Shown here: positions 1-13,220 of the stretch, in pieces
How the letters are laid out: every line of letters begins with the position of its first letter
How positions within the stretch are numbered: position 1 is the first letter of the stretch
Source of the DNA: Octopus vulgaris
Lineage: Eukaryota
DNA length: 64,000 bases
Direction of reading: 5' to 3'
Assembly: GCA_951406725.2 (NCBI GenBank)
Contig: OX597817.1
Location: 129,146,001-129,210,000, forward strand
Translations under genes and position numbers: made by a program
The notes under the pieces: generated by a model
Database searches by the model: none
What the model saw: only the letters and a program-made list of their open reading frames with translations
What the model was told of the DNA's origin: nothing

Positions 1-524
1 CAGCACCACAGTATGTGTGTGTGTGTGTGTATGTGCGTGTGTGCACGTGTATGTATGTGCCCATGTGTGTCTGTTTGTGTGTGTGTGTGTGTGGAAATCT
101 ATATGTGCAAATTTATGTGTTACTATAGTTTACTTTTCCGTTAATATCAACAAAAAGATGGAGTACTTTTTATTCGTGTGTTTATATATACATATATATA
201 TATGTGTGTGTGTGTGCGTGTTTGTGTGCTGAGGGGATAGTGTGTGCGTGCGCGTGTGTGTTTACACTTTTTCTACAATATTTACACTTGATGGAAGATT
301 TTATGGGAGTATTCCATTCGAGTTTGTAGCCTGCATGTTTGTATGTATGCATATATTGATGTATGCATGTATGCACTATGTGTGCATGCATGCCTGTATG
401 ATTTATTTTCCAAGCTCGATGACTGACTAAATCAGGTCATCTTCACCAGACATACCCACTAGTTTCAACTACTAAATTTCAGTGTATCACTCATTTGTAA
501 GACTGATACATTAAAGGGATGAAC

Positions 525-1330
525 TTCTGACATTTATGAAATCAGTGCAGGCTTACCACAAGGCTCCGTCCTGGAAACTAGGCTTACCCTACTGTTTATC
601 AGTTACTGACAAAAAAATAACTTCTCTTGTTAACGTATTTGCCAATACCGTATTTTATAGTCACTCTTCCTGAATGCTGCACATTGGGGCCTAGCAGTAA
701 ATTTCTGTGATGTTACCTGGGTCGTACAATGTGGAAAGACATGGCTTATTAAATTTAATTCTTCCAAGATTAACCTCAAATAATTCCACCATCATACTGC
801 AGTTCACGACATTCAAACTATAATCAGTAGGGCGACATTGAAGTAGCTTCTTCGTCTGATAAGGTGACTTTAAATTTCACTAACGGCTGGAAAGTCGAAC
901 TTGTTCGACCGTGAAAAAAACCTTCCTAATACCGGAAATTCTCCATGAGTAAGATTCACTCAAAAGTAGAGTACAGCTCATAAAATTGGCGGGTTACTTC
1001 AAAATTGCGCACTCCTCCTTCGGTCGAGTGCAACGTCAAACGTATACTCTAGTTGAGTTTTTTCATCATCGGAAAACATGTGCAGTTTTAGGTGATGTTA
1101 AAACACCCGATTCATCGGTGTACGGTGAATTTGAGAGAATGCAGTGTTTCGACCTTATTGTGTGTTTTTACATTAACTATTGTTTGTATGGGAAACCTCA
1201 GCAAGCAACAGCAGGTAATTCATTTGATGAATTCTGCAAACAAGAGCCTTTCCGTCGAGGTGGCTTTGACTAAGGAGGTAGAAAACAACCTCGATATATT
1301 GCGGGGTTTCAAATTCAGCTTGCACCGGTG
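525..1330 (+). mobile_element. Decayed non-LTR retrotransposon RT fragment (CR1/Jockey-like)
   Basis: Manual translation gives SAGLPQGSVL (GxPQGSVL motif), a degenerate FADD (VFANT), WLIKFNSSK (W..FN..K) and KVEYSS; frameshifts and stops throughout. Confidence 0.65.
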
Positions 1331-1577
1331 AATCACATGTGTTGTCGAAACTTACTCTTTATAAGGAAAAAATGCTGCACATGGGGGCCTAGCATTAAAT
1401 GTCTGTGATGTAACTAGGGTCGTACAATGTGGATGACAAAAAGTAACAGCGATCATATAGTCATATTTGTATTAAGAAAGACTCAAACGTATATGGAATA
1501 ATAGATATGTTATTGTTTGGATTCTCGCTATTTTGCATGCACCCCACCAATGATTAAACAATATTTAGAAATAACTT

Positions 1578-1776
1578 ATTCTCAAACGCATGATAATGCT
1601 AAGACAATAGCATGAATGGGATAAACTATTCACATACTGCAGAAAAAATCGTTACCAGCCAGCCATGAAACTCGAACTCACATCCCTGTGATTACGCGTC
1701 TTGTATTTTTTCTGCAATATACGAATAGTTTATCCTGTTCATGCTATAGTATTAGCATTATCATGAGTTTGAGAAT
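1578..1776. repeat. ~72-bp inverted repeat arms (1578-1649 / 1705-1776) around a tRNA-like core
   Basis: Arm 2 is a near reverse complement of arm 1; the spacer read on the minus strand has a B-box-like GAGTTCGAGT. Confidence 0.85.
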
Positions 1777-1843
1777 TTAAAAAAATCCTTATCTGTATCT
1801 TTCAATACATCTCAACGTTTCTAAAGCAAACTTTGTTTACTTT

Positions 1844-1900
<57 letters not shown>

Positions 1901-1971
1901 TACACACATATTTCTTTTTCTCTCTTTCTCTCTCTATATATACTTATATCTTTCTCTTTCTCTCTCTTTTT

Positions 1972-2321
1972 CTCTTTTACTTGTTTCAGTCATTTGACTG
2001 CGGCCATGCTGGAACACCGCCTTTAATCGAGCAACTCGACCCCAGGACTTATTCTTTTTGTAAGCCCAGTACTTATTCTATCTCTTTTGCCGAACCGCCA
2101 AGTAACGGGGACATAAACACACCAGCATCGGTTGTCAAGCAATGCTAGGGGGACAAACACAGACACACAAACACACACACGCATATAGATACATATATAC
2201 GACGGGCTTCTTTCAGTTTCCGTCTACCAAATCCACTCACAAGGCTTTGGTCGGCCCGAGGCTATAGTAGAAGACACTTGCCCAAGGTGCCACGCAGTGA
2301 GACTGAACCCGGAACCATGTG
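1972..2321 (-). mobile_element. tRNA-derived SINE family A, head truncated
   Basis: Matches other copies (ggttccgggttcagtc..ccttgggcaagtgtcttctactatagc..ccagcatggccgcagtcaaatgactgaaacaagtaaaagag); A-box segment missing. Confidence 0.9.
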
Positions 2322-2487
2322 ACCAGCGATGCGATGTGTAGCAGCATCTGATAGCCTGGTCGGTCACGTGATCACGTGATATACATATATACATACATAA
2401 ATACACACACACACATATATATATATATAAGTTTAATCCAAACGGGAAAACAGAAAAAACAACAACACGTGGAACAATTAAAGTATT

Positions 2488-2982
<495 letters not shown>

Positions 2983-3003
2983 ATATATATATATAGAGAG
3001 AGA

Positions 3004-3037
<34 letters not shown>

Positions 3038-3967
3038 AGAAACACAAAGGAAGAGAGAGAAGGGAGAAAGAGAGAGAGGATCACATTAACCAGGTTAATT
3101 TTAAACGCCGCAGAGTTTAAGTGGAGGGAATTTTGGCTGGTGTTTCTAGCAAACCTAGCAACTACATCGCAGACTTCTTTGTCATTGGCTTGCTATTGTC
3201 GTTCCTTATTATGGCCGTGTTGTTGATCATGGCGTTGTTCTTGATGCTTGTTAATTTCAGTGAGTCCACCTTGTTCCCATTTCATTTGTTACTCCCGCTG
3301 CGCCTCACCGCACCCAAAAACCGCTATCGTTGTTTTGTTCTTTTTGTATTTTCTTTTACTTTACTGCAACTCTTGTCATATTTTTGTCATCGTTATTGTT
3401 TATTTTCGCCTTTTAATTATATTTTATATTCAATATATAAAAGCTTTATAATACTTCATGTACTATATTGTTGGTGCTTTACATTTCACAGTGCTTGTAA
3501 TAATGATGTGTATGTACTTACTGCTGTCTGTCTTTCTGTATCTGTCTCATTCATTGTGTGGTGTCTAATATTTGGTTTCCATGTGTGAGTCTATGTATGC
3601 ATAGTCGTCTGGAGGTGTGCTTCTTATTCTATTATTATATATTTCTACTTTGAATTCATGTTGTTATATAATATTAATCGAAATCTGTATTGTAATACAT
3701 CCAGCCAGCCATGTTAACACCCATCCAACCAGCTATGAATAATGGGTGGCTGCTTAGGTGTAAATAAAAAAGGAAAAACAAAAAAGGTGATAGAAATAAA
3801 TTAAGTTTATAGCATTTCACGACGTGCATCCAGAGTTCAAATCCCACCAATGCTAACTGGGTTCTTTACTCTTCTAAAGTTGCCAAAATAAACCCCAACA
3901 GAGTACTAGAATATATTTAGTTGATTATACCTTCCTTTACATTTAGTTGTTTTTATTTTTTTGTATC

Positions 3968-4115
3968 TTAGGAGGGTCATTATGCCAAAAATAAATACAC
4001 GCACTGGTTCAGTTTTACTTCTTTACTATTAGTAAATCGGTTAGTTATCTTTACCAACTAACTAATCGATTGCCTAGTTAATCACTCGGTTATTCAATTT
4101 ATTTTTGCCAATGTT
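3968..4115 (+). repeat. Unnamed dispersed repeat, paralogue of 33995-34150
   Basis: Colinear blocks tagg.g.gtc.ttatgc..aca/ctcacgc..acttcttta..ggttagtta..ctaatcgattg. Confidence 0.55.
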
Positions 4116-5329
4116 TAAATCACTAATTACTCTCATTTATGTGTGTGTGCGAGTGCATACGTTTGTGTTTGCGTTTTTATCTTATCTTATCTTTTAGTCA
4201 CGATAGTATGCTGTATCCATCATACTTTACAGAGTCTTCGAGATTGGTGAAAGTTATCATCACAAACGAGTTCTTGAAGCTATGTAATGGTTTTAATTTA
4301 AGACAAAACACTGGACGGTTAAAAAAAACTGTTGCCTTATGTCATGAACCAATCAGCTTTTATCACACTTAACCACATAAATACTGCTGTCCATAATATT
4401 ACTAAAACAGAAAAAAAAACAGGAGATGATTAGAAACGAAACAAATTATTTTGACGCCAAGTTAGAATATGCAGTCTTAGATATTGTATTAATGTTGGCA
4501 ATAGAATGACCCTCTGCAGGTACAACAACGATCTGACGATTTCACCTCAAATTTCTTACAAAAGAAATACAGAAACGACAAATAGTAGACATATGTTTGA
4601 TTCTAGTTTCAGCTCACGAGCTGTGGCCATGCTGGGGCACCGCCATTTATGTCTGAAAAAAAGAATGAAGGAATAATTCCCGTTGGAATACATTTGATCA
4701 GAGGACTATATGTTTTTATCAGGGCTATCCTAAGTGTAACAAGATAAACAACATAAATAGTATCAACGGCTGGAATCTTGTGAATACTGTATGAATACTC
4801 TGAAGTAACAGAAGTTACGTCAACGGGTCTTGTACGCTCAACAAACTGAAATATAAACAGATTTATACAAAAATCTTATCTCCAAAACAATTAAAATGAT
4901 GTGGACATATATTATTATTCTACTGAATCTCTAGAAACCTTGGAAATAAAAAGTCAATTGGAGTTGAAACTATTCTGCCACTTTTAAAATGAAATGTGAC
5001 GTAGAATTTCTATTGAGACAAAGAAAAGAAGATATATATCATGACATTATTGTCGGTAGAATGTCACAGGTGGTCAAAAGAGAAATAAAGAAAGAAAACT
5101 ATCAACACCTGATGAGGTACATATTCTTAACGTTTAGAGGAAATAGTATGTGTAAAATTGCGTGGCCGATACAGCTAGGTCACAGAATGTCGACTTAGAT
5201 TTCACTATAAGACATTTGAGCCGGTTGTCAAATACCATATCATCTCGTTGAATTCACCTGATTCCGACTGTTATGCGACTACTTAGATACATCCAACCAA
5301 CTAACCAACAAACCATCCATCCATCCACA

Positions 5330-5530
5330 CATACATACATACATACATACATACATACATACATACATACATACATACATACATGCATGCATGCATGCAT
5401 GCATACATACATACATACATGCATGCATGCATACATACATACATACATACATACATACATACATACATACATACATACATACATACATACATACATACAT
5501 ACATGCATACATACATACATACATACATAA
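5330..5530. repeat. (TACA)n/(TGCA)n microsatellite
   Basis: Seen directly. Confidence 0.98.
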
Positions 5531-6109
5531 ATACATATCAGTAAATAAACTGAAATTTTCATTGTTTTGTGTTACACTCTTTCAAAACAGCCGAAGTTCT
5601 TTTCTTATATTTGATGGTGGTATAAGGATTAGATCGTTTGTCAATACGAGGTCTATAAGCAATAAAATTACTATCTATAAGCCTCATTTTGACAAAACTA
5701 TTAGTTCCACAAGTATACGTATGTAGTTTTTGCACGCATACACATTTACACCACAAACACACATACGCACAAATACACATACACACACATATGCATTTAA
5801 TCTTGTACGTCTGGTATGTGTAGCTGGGGATAACATGGGGTCAACTAGTTCCGAGAAGTGTTACATAATAGAGTTCTGGTGTGTAACTATACTTTTGTTG
5901 ATTAGCTTCAAGCCTGCACTGAAGGAGCAAGATGAAAATGTAGGACATTCTAGCCATGAACATCTCATTTTTTTTTCAGATATTTGAATAATGATAATCT
6001 CTCGAATCCAAGAAAGATGGTTCTGCTGTTTCTTTCTGAACAAATTGCTCAGATGATTTGTGTATAGTGATAAAATGGTTGTGCTGCACATTTGCTCACT
6101 CCCTTAAAT

Positions 6110-6282
6110 TGCCATTACCTGTGGATGTGCATGAAATGTCACACTTCTGATGTCGAAGTGATTGTAGAGCAATGTGAGATGAAATGTTTTGCTAAAGAGC
6201 ACAACGCGCTGTCTAGTCCGTGAATCGAACCCATGATTTCGTGATCGTGGCAACGCCCTAACCATTAGTCTACGCGTCCTCA
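6110..6282 (-). mobile_element. tRNA-derived SINE family C, diverged head fragment
   Basis: The minus strand reads gtgaggacgcgtagactaatggttaggg..cacgatcacg..gggttcgattc..gttgtgctctttagcaaaacatttcatctcacattgctc, as in the 37444 copy. Confidence 0.75.
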
Positions 6283-6635
6283 CAGTGTTTTAAGATGTAG
6301 TGCATCATCATCTACTGTTCTTCTTTAACGCGGGAGTGTTTTGATTTGTGGGAACTCTGACTACTATTTTTAGCAAGTCAAATGACTGCGCGCAACATAT
6401 TGTGATTCTATTGTTATTATTGATGTCTTTTCGCCTCAGAACATCCCTATAGTCAATGGCATTCCAGCTGCGATTATCCCTTATTTTCCCGAAGGAGGAA
6501 CCCAGCACTTCATTATCTGACATCTCCTTTTAAGTCAGTGCAGTATGATTTTTAAAAAATGGGCGCTACTTCTAGCAAGTTGGACACCTCATAGAAGCTC
6601 CCTCTATAACAGGTATATATTTTTTTCGTGTAGCC

Positions 6636-8960
6636 GTTGTTATTTAACGCCAGGTTCACCCTCATCGGGTAGAACTATCATCAAAAGCGTTACAGGCTTG
6701 ACTATCGTATCTTTTTTGTTTATGAGAACTAAATTTCTTATGTATCTTTTTTTTTAACGTAGTAATGTTCGATTTAAGGGTGGTTTAGCTATTATTTTCT
6801 TATTTCTTTACTGCCCACAGAGCACAGAGGGGACAATCAAGGACAGACAAACGGATTAAGTCGATTACATCGACCCCAGTGCGTAACTGGTACTTAATTT
6901 ATCGACTCCGAAAGGATGAAAGGCAAAGTCGACCTCGGCGGAATTTGAACTCAGAACGTAACGGCAGACGAAATACCGCTAAGCATTTCGCCCGGCGTGC
7001 TAACGTTTCTGCCAGCTCGCTGCCTTGTAGCTATTATTTTCTGTAAACCCAGTGACTATATTGTGAAAATTTCACGTTGTCTTATGTTCTGCTACATTGT
7101 AGTAAAATATGGACAGTATGTTATTGTTGTTGCTGCTGCTGCTGTTGTTGTTGTTGTTGTTGTTGTTTAGCCCCAGCTAGAACCCAAACGAGCAGACATC
7201 TAATCAAAGGCATTCTAACTATGGCCATCCTTCTTATTTTCGTAAGTAGTCGACGTTGAACTGTATTATACTTCACTGCTTTCTTTATTAAAATATGAAG
7301 TTGTTTTTTCAGGAAGATTTACATTCTCTTTCAAGCTGGTCGAGCTATTATTATATTGACTTACTTGTAATGTTGTTTAGCTCTAAATTAGCCCAGATAG
7401 AGCAGACTTATCGTATCTGCCCGCAAGTCACACTTGTGCATAAGATGAATTCCTAATTTAATGTTTAAATCTTGGTACAAAAGTTTTTCTTTTCATGGTT
7501 TAGCATTGCTCCGTTAGTACGTCGGCTCCCAGTTTTTTTCTGTTAAAAATCAAGAATAAAATAACACAACATCCAAATACGGTATATCTGAAGCATTCCA
7601 GTCGTCGCCATCCCATATTTTATGAAGGGGATGGATATACTTTAGACTATATTATTCAATTTGCCCTACACTTTATAAAGACGGCATAATGTAGTTAGAG
7701 TAAGATTCAACTACTTCTTGCAAATCTACCTGGCTCATTGTTAAAGTGTTGTTTTACGTCAATGATTAAATATATTCCATTATGACCATAATTTTTTTCC
7801 TAAGTCCAGGGAACACAGAAGCACATTATCTAACGCATCCTTTTTTTTTATAAAACAGTAGAGGGAGATTTGTTGGCTGTTTTTAGCAGATCAAGCAACA
7901 CTGTCGAAGCTCCCTCCTTGCGGTGTGTTTTGTTGTGCAATGTTAAAATTGTGTGGCGACGAGTCGCTAGACTCCAGAGCGTTGGGACACGAGCAATGGC
8001 GTGGTGTATTGTTCGCATGGCATGGGTTGGTTTTATATGGTGTAGTGTGGCACGGTGTGATATAATCTGATATTTGTAACGATCTAAGTGTGGAGGCAGT
8101 GTCACTCTAGGGTTTTACTTGGCAGGGAGTGGGAAAACGAATGTTATGTTATATTTGCTCGATGACATTTTATTGTTGGTTGCTGGGATGTCATCATCTT
8201 TTAAACATCAACCATTAAAAAGAAAAACAACTAAAAAAGACTAAAAAGACACATAAATATACAGTTACAAGCATGCTTTTCTAAAATGTTCTATGTTTCA
8301 AGCTATCATCATTGTATTTAATAGCTATAATTTATAGCTGTTTCGTTTTGATATCAAATATATTTCTTTTTGTTTTATATTTATTTTGTTCTTTTTGAGG
8401 AAGGATTTTTAACATTTTATTGTACTTGCTTTCTTTTGTCCGATTTTCTTTTTTTCTTTTAATTTCCCTTTGCTTTATAATCTCAATCAGGTCAGACGAA
8501 AGCTTATTTTGTTACCTTTGCGTTGTGATTTGTCGTCAGTTTGTTTTACAAGATTGTTTTCCATAACTTCGTTATCGTCGTTGTTGTTTAGCTCCAAGAC
8601 AATTTTGATAAAGCAGGCCAATTTTTGGTTCTGTTTTCGCTTTTACTTATAAAAAATTCCCATGGGCATTAAATTTGAGATCACTTTATCCAACGCGTTA
8701 TTTTCTACTGCAGTTTTATATGGTACAGTTTGATGTAGGTCACCTAATCATATAGAGGCACCTAAGTTGCCTCGATCTACCGTTGTTGACTTTGATATTG
8801 CGCAGCTTCAAGTCAGCATTGATTGAACAAACCTATGATCAAAGGTACTCGAATCGTGAACATCCCATTTGATTTCTATGTGCTTGGAACTCTGAACACA
8901 TTATCCTATGTGACCTTTTTTCTAAGACGATATAGTGTGATGTAAGGGATATTTAGGGAT
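6636..8960 (+). repeat. Degenerate array of an unnamed ~200-250 bp repeat (family D)
   Basis: Recurring blocks gttgtttagcycc, gagcagac, atcaaaggcattcc, cacattatc, gagattt.gctg.t..ttagcag at about 6636, 7164, 7371, 7590, 7748, 8583 and 8800. Confidence 0.65.
6801..7027 (-). mobile_element. tRNA-derived SINE family B with 15-bp TSD
   Basis: Head ggcagcgagctggcagaaacg, B-box gagttcaaattcc, central gcctttcatcctttcggagtcgataaa; TSD tagctattattttct at 6786-6800 and 7028-7042. Confidence 0.93.
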
Positions 8961-9269
8961 TTTATACAACAAATGCAGTTAGTCACATCAGACCAGCAAG
9001 TAAGCTGATACAATTGTTATGTGGAAGAACGGTAGCAAGCTGCAATCGCTGACAAACCAACAAGTAAATCTGAATCTACTAGACTTGTCACGTAGAAAAT
9101 TGGCAGCAGGCAAGTATTTCAAGTTGATGACGCTGAAATGTTAAACTCTACATATGATCGGCCAGACAGCGCAGCTTGACTGTTCGTTCCACCACACGGA
9201 ACAACAAACGAGAAAATTCTATTGCTGGTGTAATGTCAAGTAGAACACGACCTATGCGTGCGAACTGCC

Positions 9270-9870
9270 TCGTGATAGGAAATGAAGTGAAGGCGAGCAT
9301 TCGTTGGCTCAGAACCAGAAGCTTCGGGAAGATGTGGCCGTTTGTCATAACCTGAAATTTGCAACTCTGTACTTCTATTGCCTTGCAGCTATACTCACTG
9401 ATGGAAATGACTAAAAAAGTAAACTCAAGAAAAAAATCTGAAGCCGGAGTTCCAAAGTGGCCAATGAAAAGAATTTAAAGAATCCATTGACTGATAACTC
9501 ATTCAGATGTTGAAACTACAATACATAGCAAGTTTTCTGCTAGCGGATTTTACCTTTCGAGATCAGAAGGATATAGTATCCTCTGTGCTAAGACTTTATC
9601 ACGATATGTTCACACAGATTTTATGTTGGAGAGATTCTTTTCCGTCCTCCAAAAGTCCTGCAGCGATAGACAAACAGTGGACCAACAGGCAGCGATGAAT
9701 AATGAATTGCAGCTATAACCTGAAATTAGTAGACCCTTGGAGAACTACTCGTTGTTCTTCTCTAAACATACTGTCGAATAGATGTCCGACAGCATCAAGA
9801 CGGACTGGATAACCCATATGCGATCAGCACTACACACACTTTAATCAGGAAGGAAACTGCTAAAGGTAGC
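9270..9870 (+). mobile_element. Heavily decayed LINE RT remnant (possibly RTE-like)
   Basis: EVKASIRWLRT..ASG (EV..AI..LK..KA.G.D-like), DQQAA and DSIKTDWI; many lesions. Confidence 0.35.
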
Positions 9871-9886
9871 CTGAAAGAAGCCTGTC

Positions 9887-9929
<43 letters not shown>

Positions 9930-9930
<1 letters not shown>

Positions 9931-10090
9931 GACAGGCTTCTTTCAGTTTCCGTCTACCAAATCCACTCACAAGGCTTTGGTCGGCCCGAGGCTATAGTAG
10001 AAGACACTTGCCCAAGGTGCCACGCAGTGGGACTGAACCCGGAACCATGTGGTCGGTAAACAAGCTACTTACCACACAGCCACTCCTGCA
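9930..10090 (-). mobile_element. SINE family A, 5' half
   Basis: High similarity to the head of the 2590 copy; ends in (TA)n and folds back. Confidence 0.92.
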
Positions 10091-10657
10091 TTATCTATCT
10101 ATATGTGAGTCTATAAGTGTATGTGTATGTAAATATGTAGGTAGGTAGGTAGGAAAGAAGATAAATAGAAAGATAGATAGACAGACAGACAGACAGATAG
10201 ATAGATAAATAGACAGATATACACACACATTCAAACTCACAGACCATGCACATATTTTTAACATACGCACGCACAGACGTAAGCCACATACTGACAAGCA
10301 GGCAATAATCCCGAACGCCAGTGTAGTGTCATATTCGAAATAGTAATATTACTCACTGTAAAAAAGTAAAAAGAGACTTATATAAAGCAGAGAATATGAC
10401 AAAGAAGAAGAAGAAACAAATAAAAATTTACTGGTGTCATAAAAGGCACGTGCGAGGCTTGAGAGACACGATAAACCCGTCACTAAACATGCACCACCCT
10501 TTAAACACCCCACGACTAAACCTACAGTAATCCAAGCCAAAGATAAAGATAAGCAGTCACGGGTACGTATATGGGAGTGTTTGTGTTTGTGTAATACATT
10601 TGTACATACACATATACATACACACACACACACATGAATATCTCTGTTTGTGTATAC

Positions 10658-10688
<31 letters not shown>

Positions 10689-10880
10689 TGTATGTATGTA
10701 TGTATGTATGTATGTATGTATTATTCAGGCAGAACAGGATATCTTTGAAAAGTTTTACGTAGAATAATACAAATAATAAGAAGAAGAATTATTTCTTTAT
10801 TAACCACAAGGGCTGATAAAAATCGAGGACAGTACAAGAAAATACAGAATGGGATTATATAAAAACTGCGTCAAAAGGAA

Positions 10881-10881
<1 letters not shown>

Positions 10882-10970
<89 letters not shown>

Positions 10971-11005
10971 AATAAATAAAAAATAAATAAATAAATAAAT
11001 AAATA
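10882..11005. repeat. (TAA)n/(TAAA)n microsatellite
   Basis: Seen directly. Confidence 0.97.
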
Positions 11006-11039
11006 ACAAATCTACAATAATAGTAATGTTATTACTTTT

Positions 11040-11400
11040 GTTATTAGCTACAGGGGCTGCCAAAATGCTATTTAAGACATTACAGGAACAAAGTAAAGGG
11101 GGAACTTACTTAAACAAATGTAAGCACTGAGAACAATAGCAAGATAAATACAACAAAATTCCCCAGTAGTTGGCGATACTCCACTGAGGGGGTAATCAAG
11201 GAATCCTCACAGATCCCGAGTCACCTTGATTCCCAAGTGTATCATAGCAAGAGCTCCTCTACCCTCTCTGTTTTCAGTTTGCATACTTCGAGTAGGTGCA
11301 ATCAATCGAACCATTCTCACAACATTCACATAACTTTCAAATTATCCGGAACACAGCATTTCTCTCTCCACCCTTACTTTCTTTTGCAGATAAAACTTGT
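11040..11400 (-). mobile_element. Possible 3' end of an L1/Tx1-like element
   Basis: The minus strand encodes KVRVEREML followed by a UTR-like stretch; assignment rests on recollection of similar repeats only. Confidence 0.25.
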
Positions 11401-12537
11401 AAATGTTGAAGGTGAAGGTAGTTTTTGTGTTGGATTTGTTGTTATTTTTTGTCGGTATTGAAATTGTGATGGTAATAATGAAGGCCTTTTTTCAGCAGGG
11501 ATTTCTGTTGCTGTTGGGGGTAGAATGTCTTGAGATGATTAGTGTTTCCACAGTTGTTGCATCGAGGCTTTACATCTTTCACAACCACCTACTGTCACTG
11601 CTCTTCTTGGATCTCTGTGTGGTAGAGAATGTTGTTGAGTGACTCAGGTTTCATCTATATCAAAATCTCCAACTCCATCTTAACGAAGTTTTCTTTTCGG
11701 AATCATTATAGTCCCTATAGCTTGCCAGGGTCTTCCAAAACCACACATTCCAGCTCCCAGCTGATGTCTAGTTCTCGTGATACGTTAGAGGTTTTTACTG
11801 GGATAATTCTCCATCTTAGGCAAATAAATATTATTGTGAAATTTTCAGTTCGTAGGGACGATGGAGTGCTTTTGAGCTAGGGTTTCTAGGTGAAAAACAA
11901 TTCTGATGTATCCGCATTCTTAGTAACTTGCTACTTGTTTTTTAAATAGAGTTCAGCATAATCTGAAGGCATGCGCTCTAGCTTGTGTATTGCTGTCGAT
12001 AAGTATCTATGAATAACAGTTTTTACTTTCTGTTAGGTCTTAAAGGTGTCGTGTATATCGAGCGTAATTTTTTTGTTTTAGTCTCTTAATGTAATTTTCC
12101 GCCTCTTGTAAATGTTCATACGTATTGTTTAATGCGATGAAATCAAACACGGTTTAGATCTTGGGAAACGAAATACGTTTTGGTGTATCTTTACCGTAGC
12201 TGTTGATGTTATTATCATTATCATTGCCGTTATCGCTTTTCATTGGAGTATGTGGTTAGATGACAATGCAAAATTAACTTCTGCTAAATGATCTTTCGAG
12301 TTTCTTTCACCGACATATCATCGATCTGTTGGTGCTTTTGCTACTGCTATTGTTCTCATAGTCTTTGCTGTAGTTGCGACAAATACCACTGCAACTATTT
12401 TTCATTTCTATTACGCCTTTTGTATTATGTGGTAGGAGATGACTGCGATAAACAGTTTCGCCTTGAAAATCTTTTTACACCTTCTTCAGCTGCTGACTGG
12501 GCAAAAAATAAAACCATCTATTATCTTTTACCTTATA

Positions 12538-12900
12538 TCTTGTACTTGTTTCAGTCATTTGACTGCAGTCACACAAATCGATCCCAGGATTTTTTTAAAG
12601 CCTGGTACTTATTCTATTTTGCCGAACCGCTAATTTACAGGGACATAAACACACCAACACCAGTTCTCAAGCAGTGTATGGGGGACAAACACAGACACAA
12701 GCACACACTCAAACACACACACACATACACACACATACGATGGGTTTCTTTCAGTTACCGTCTACCAAATCCACTTACAAGGATTTGGTCGGTCCGAAGT
12801 TATAGTAGAAGGTACTTGCCCAAGGTGCCACGCAGTCGGACTGAACCTGGAACAATGTTGTTGAGAATTATGCTTCTTGCAACACTGATACACTTGCGCC
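12538..12900 (-). mobile_element. SINE family A, diverged
   Basis: Colinear with the other family A copies. Confidence 0.88.
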
Positions 12901-13220
12901 AACACACACAGAAAGAATGTTTCTTTGTTTTAAAATTTTGCTCCATAGAGGAAGTAGCACAAACGTTTGATCGGTATCTTATGTTTCTGAACAGCTAAAA
13001 AAGCAAGCTAGAGCAATTAAATCGACTAAAAGATATTTCTAAAAAGAATACACGGCACAAAAGCACGGAAACCTTGGTTTATTTAGTTGTCCAGCAGCAT
13101 GTTTACACGCTACTACCTATAACTATAATGCGTTAAATCATTCCTGTTATTTCATGTTCTCTCGAAGTTTCTAAGTTTTTATGACGATAAATAATCTTTT
13201 CTACTATAACCACAGAATCA

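Noticed and set aside
17-430. ORFs rich in CV/YI/HT/MYVC repeats here and throughout the window
   Set aside because: They are translations of di- and tetranucleotide microsatellites that lack stop codons.
3121-3588. 155-aa hydrophobic, membrane-protein-like ORF
   Set aside because: GTG start inside a family D repeat; the hydrophobicity follows from T-rich low-complexity DNA.
6636-8960. Repeat-spacer layout as a CRISPR-like array
   Set aside because: Units are long, highly diverged and irregularly spaced; eukaryotic context with no cas genes.
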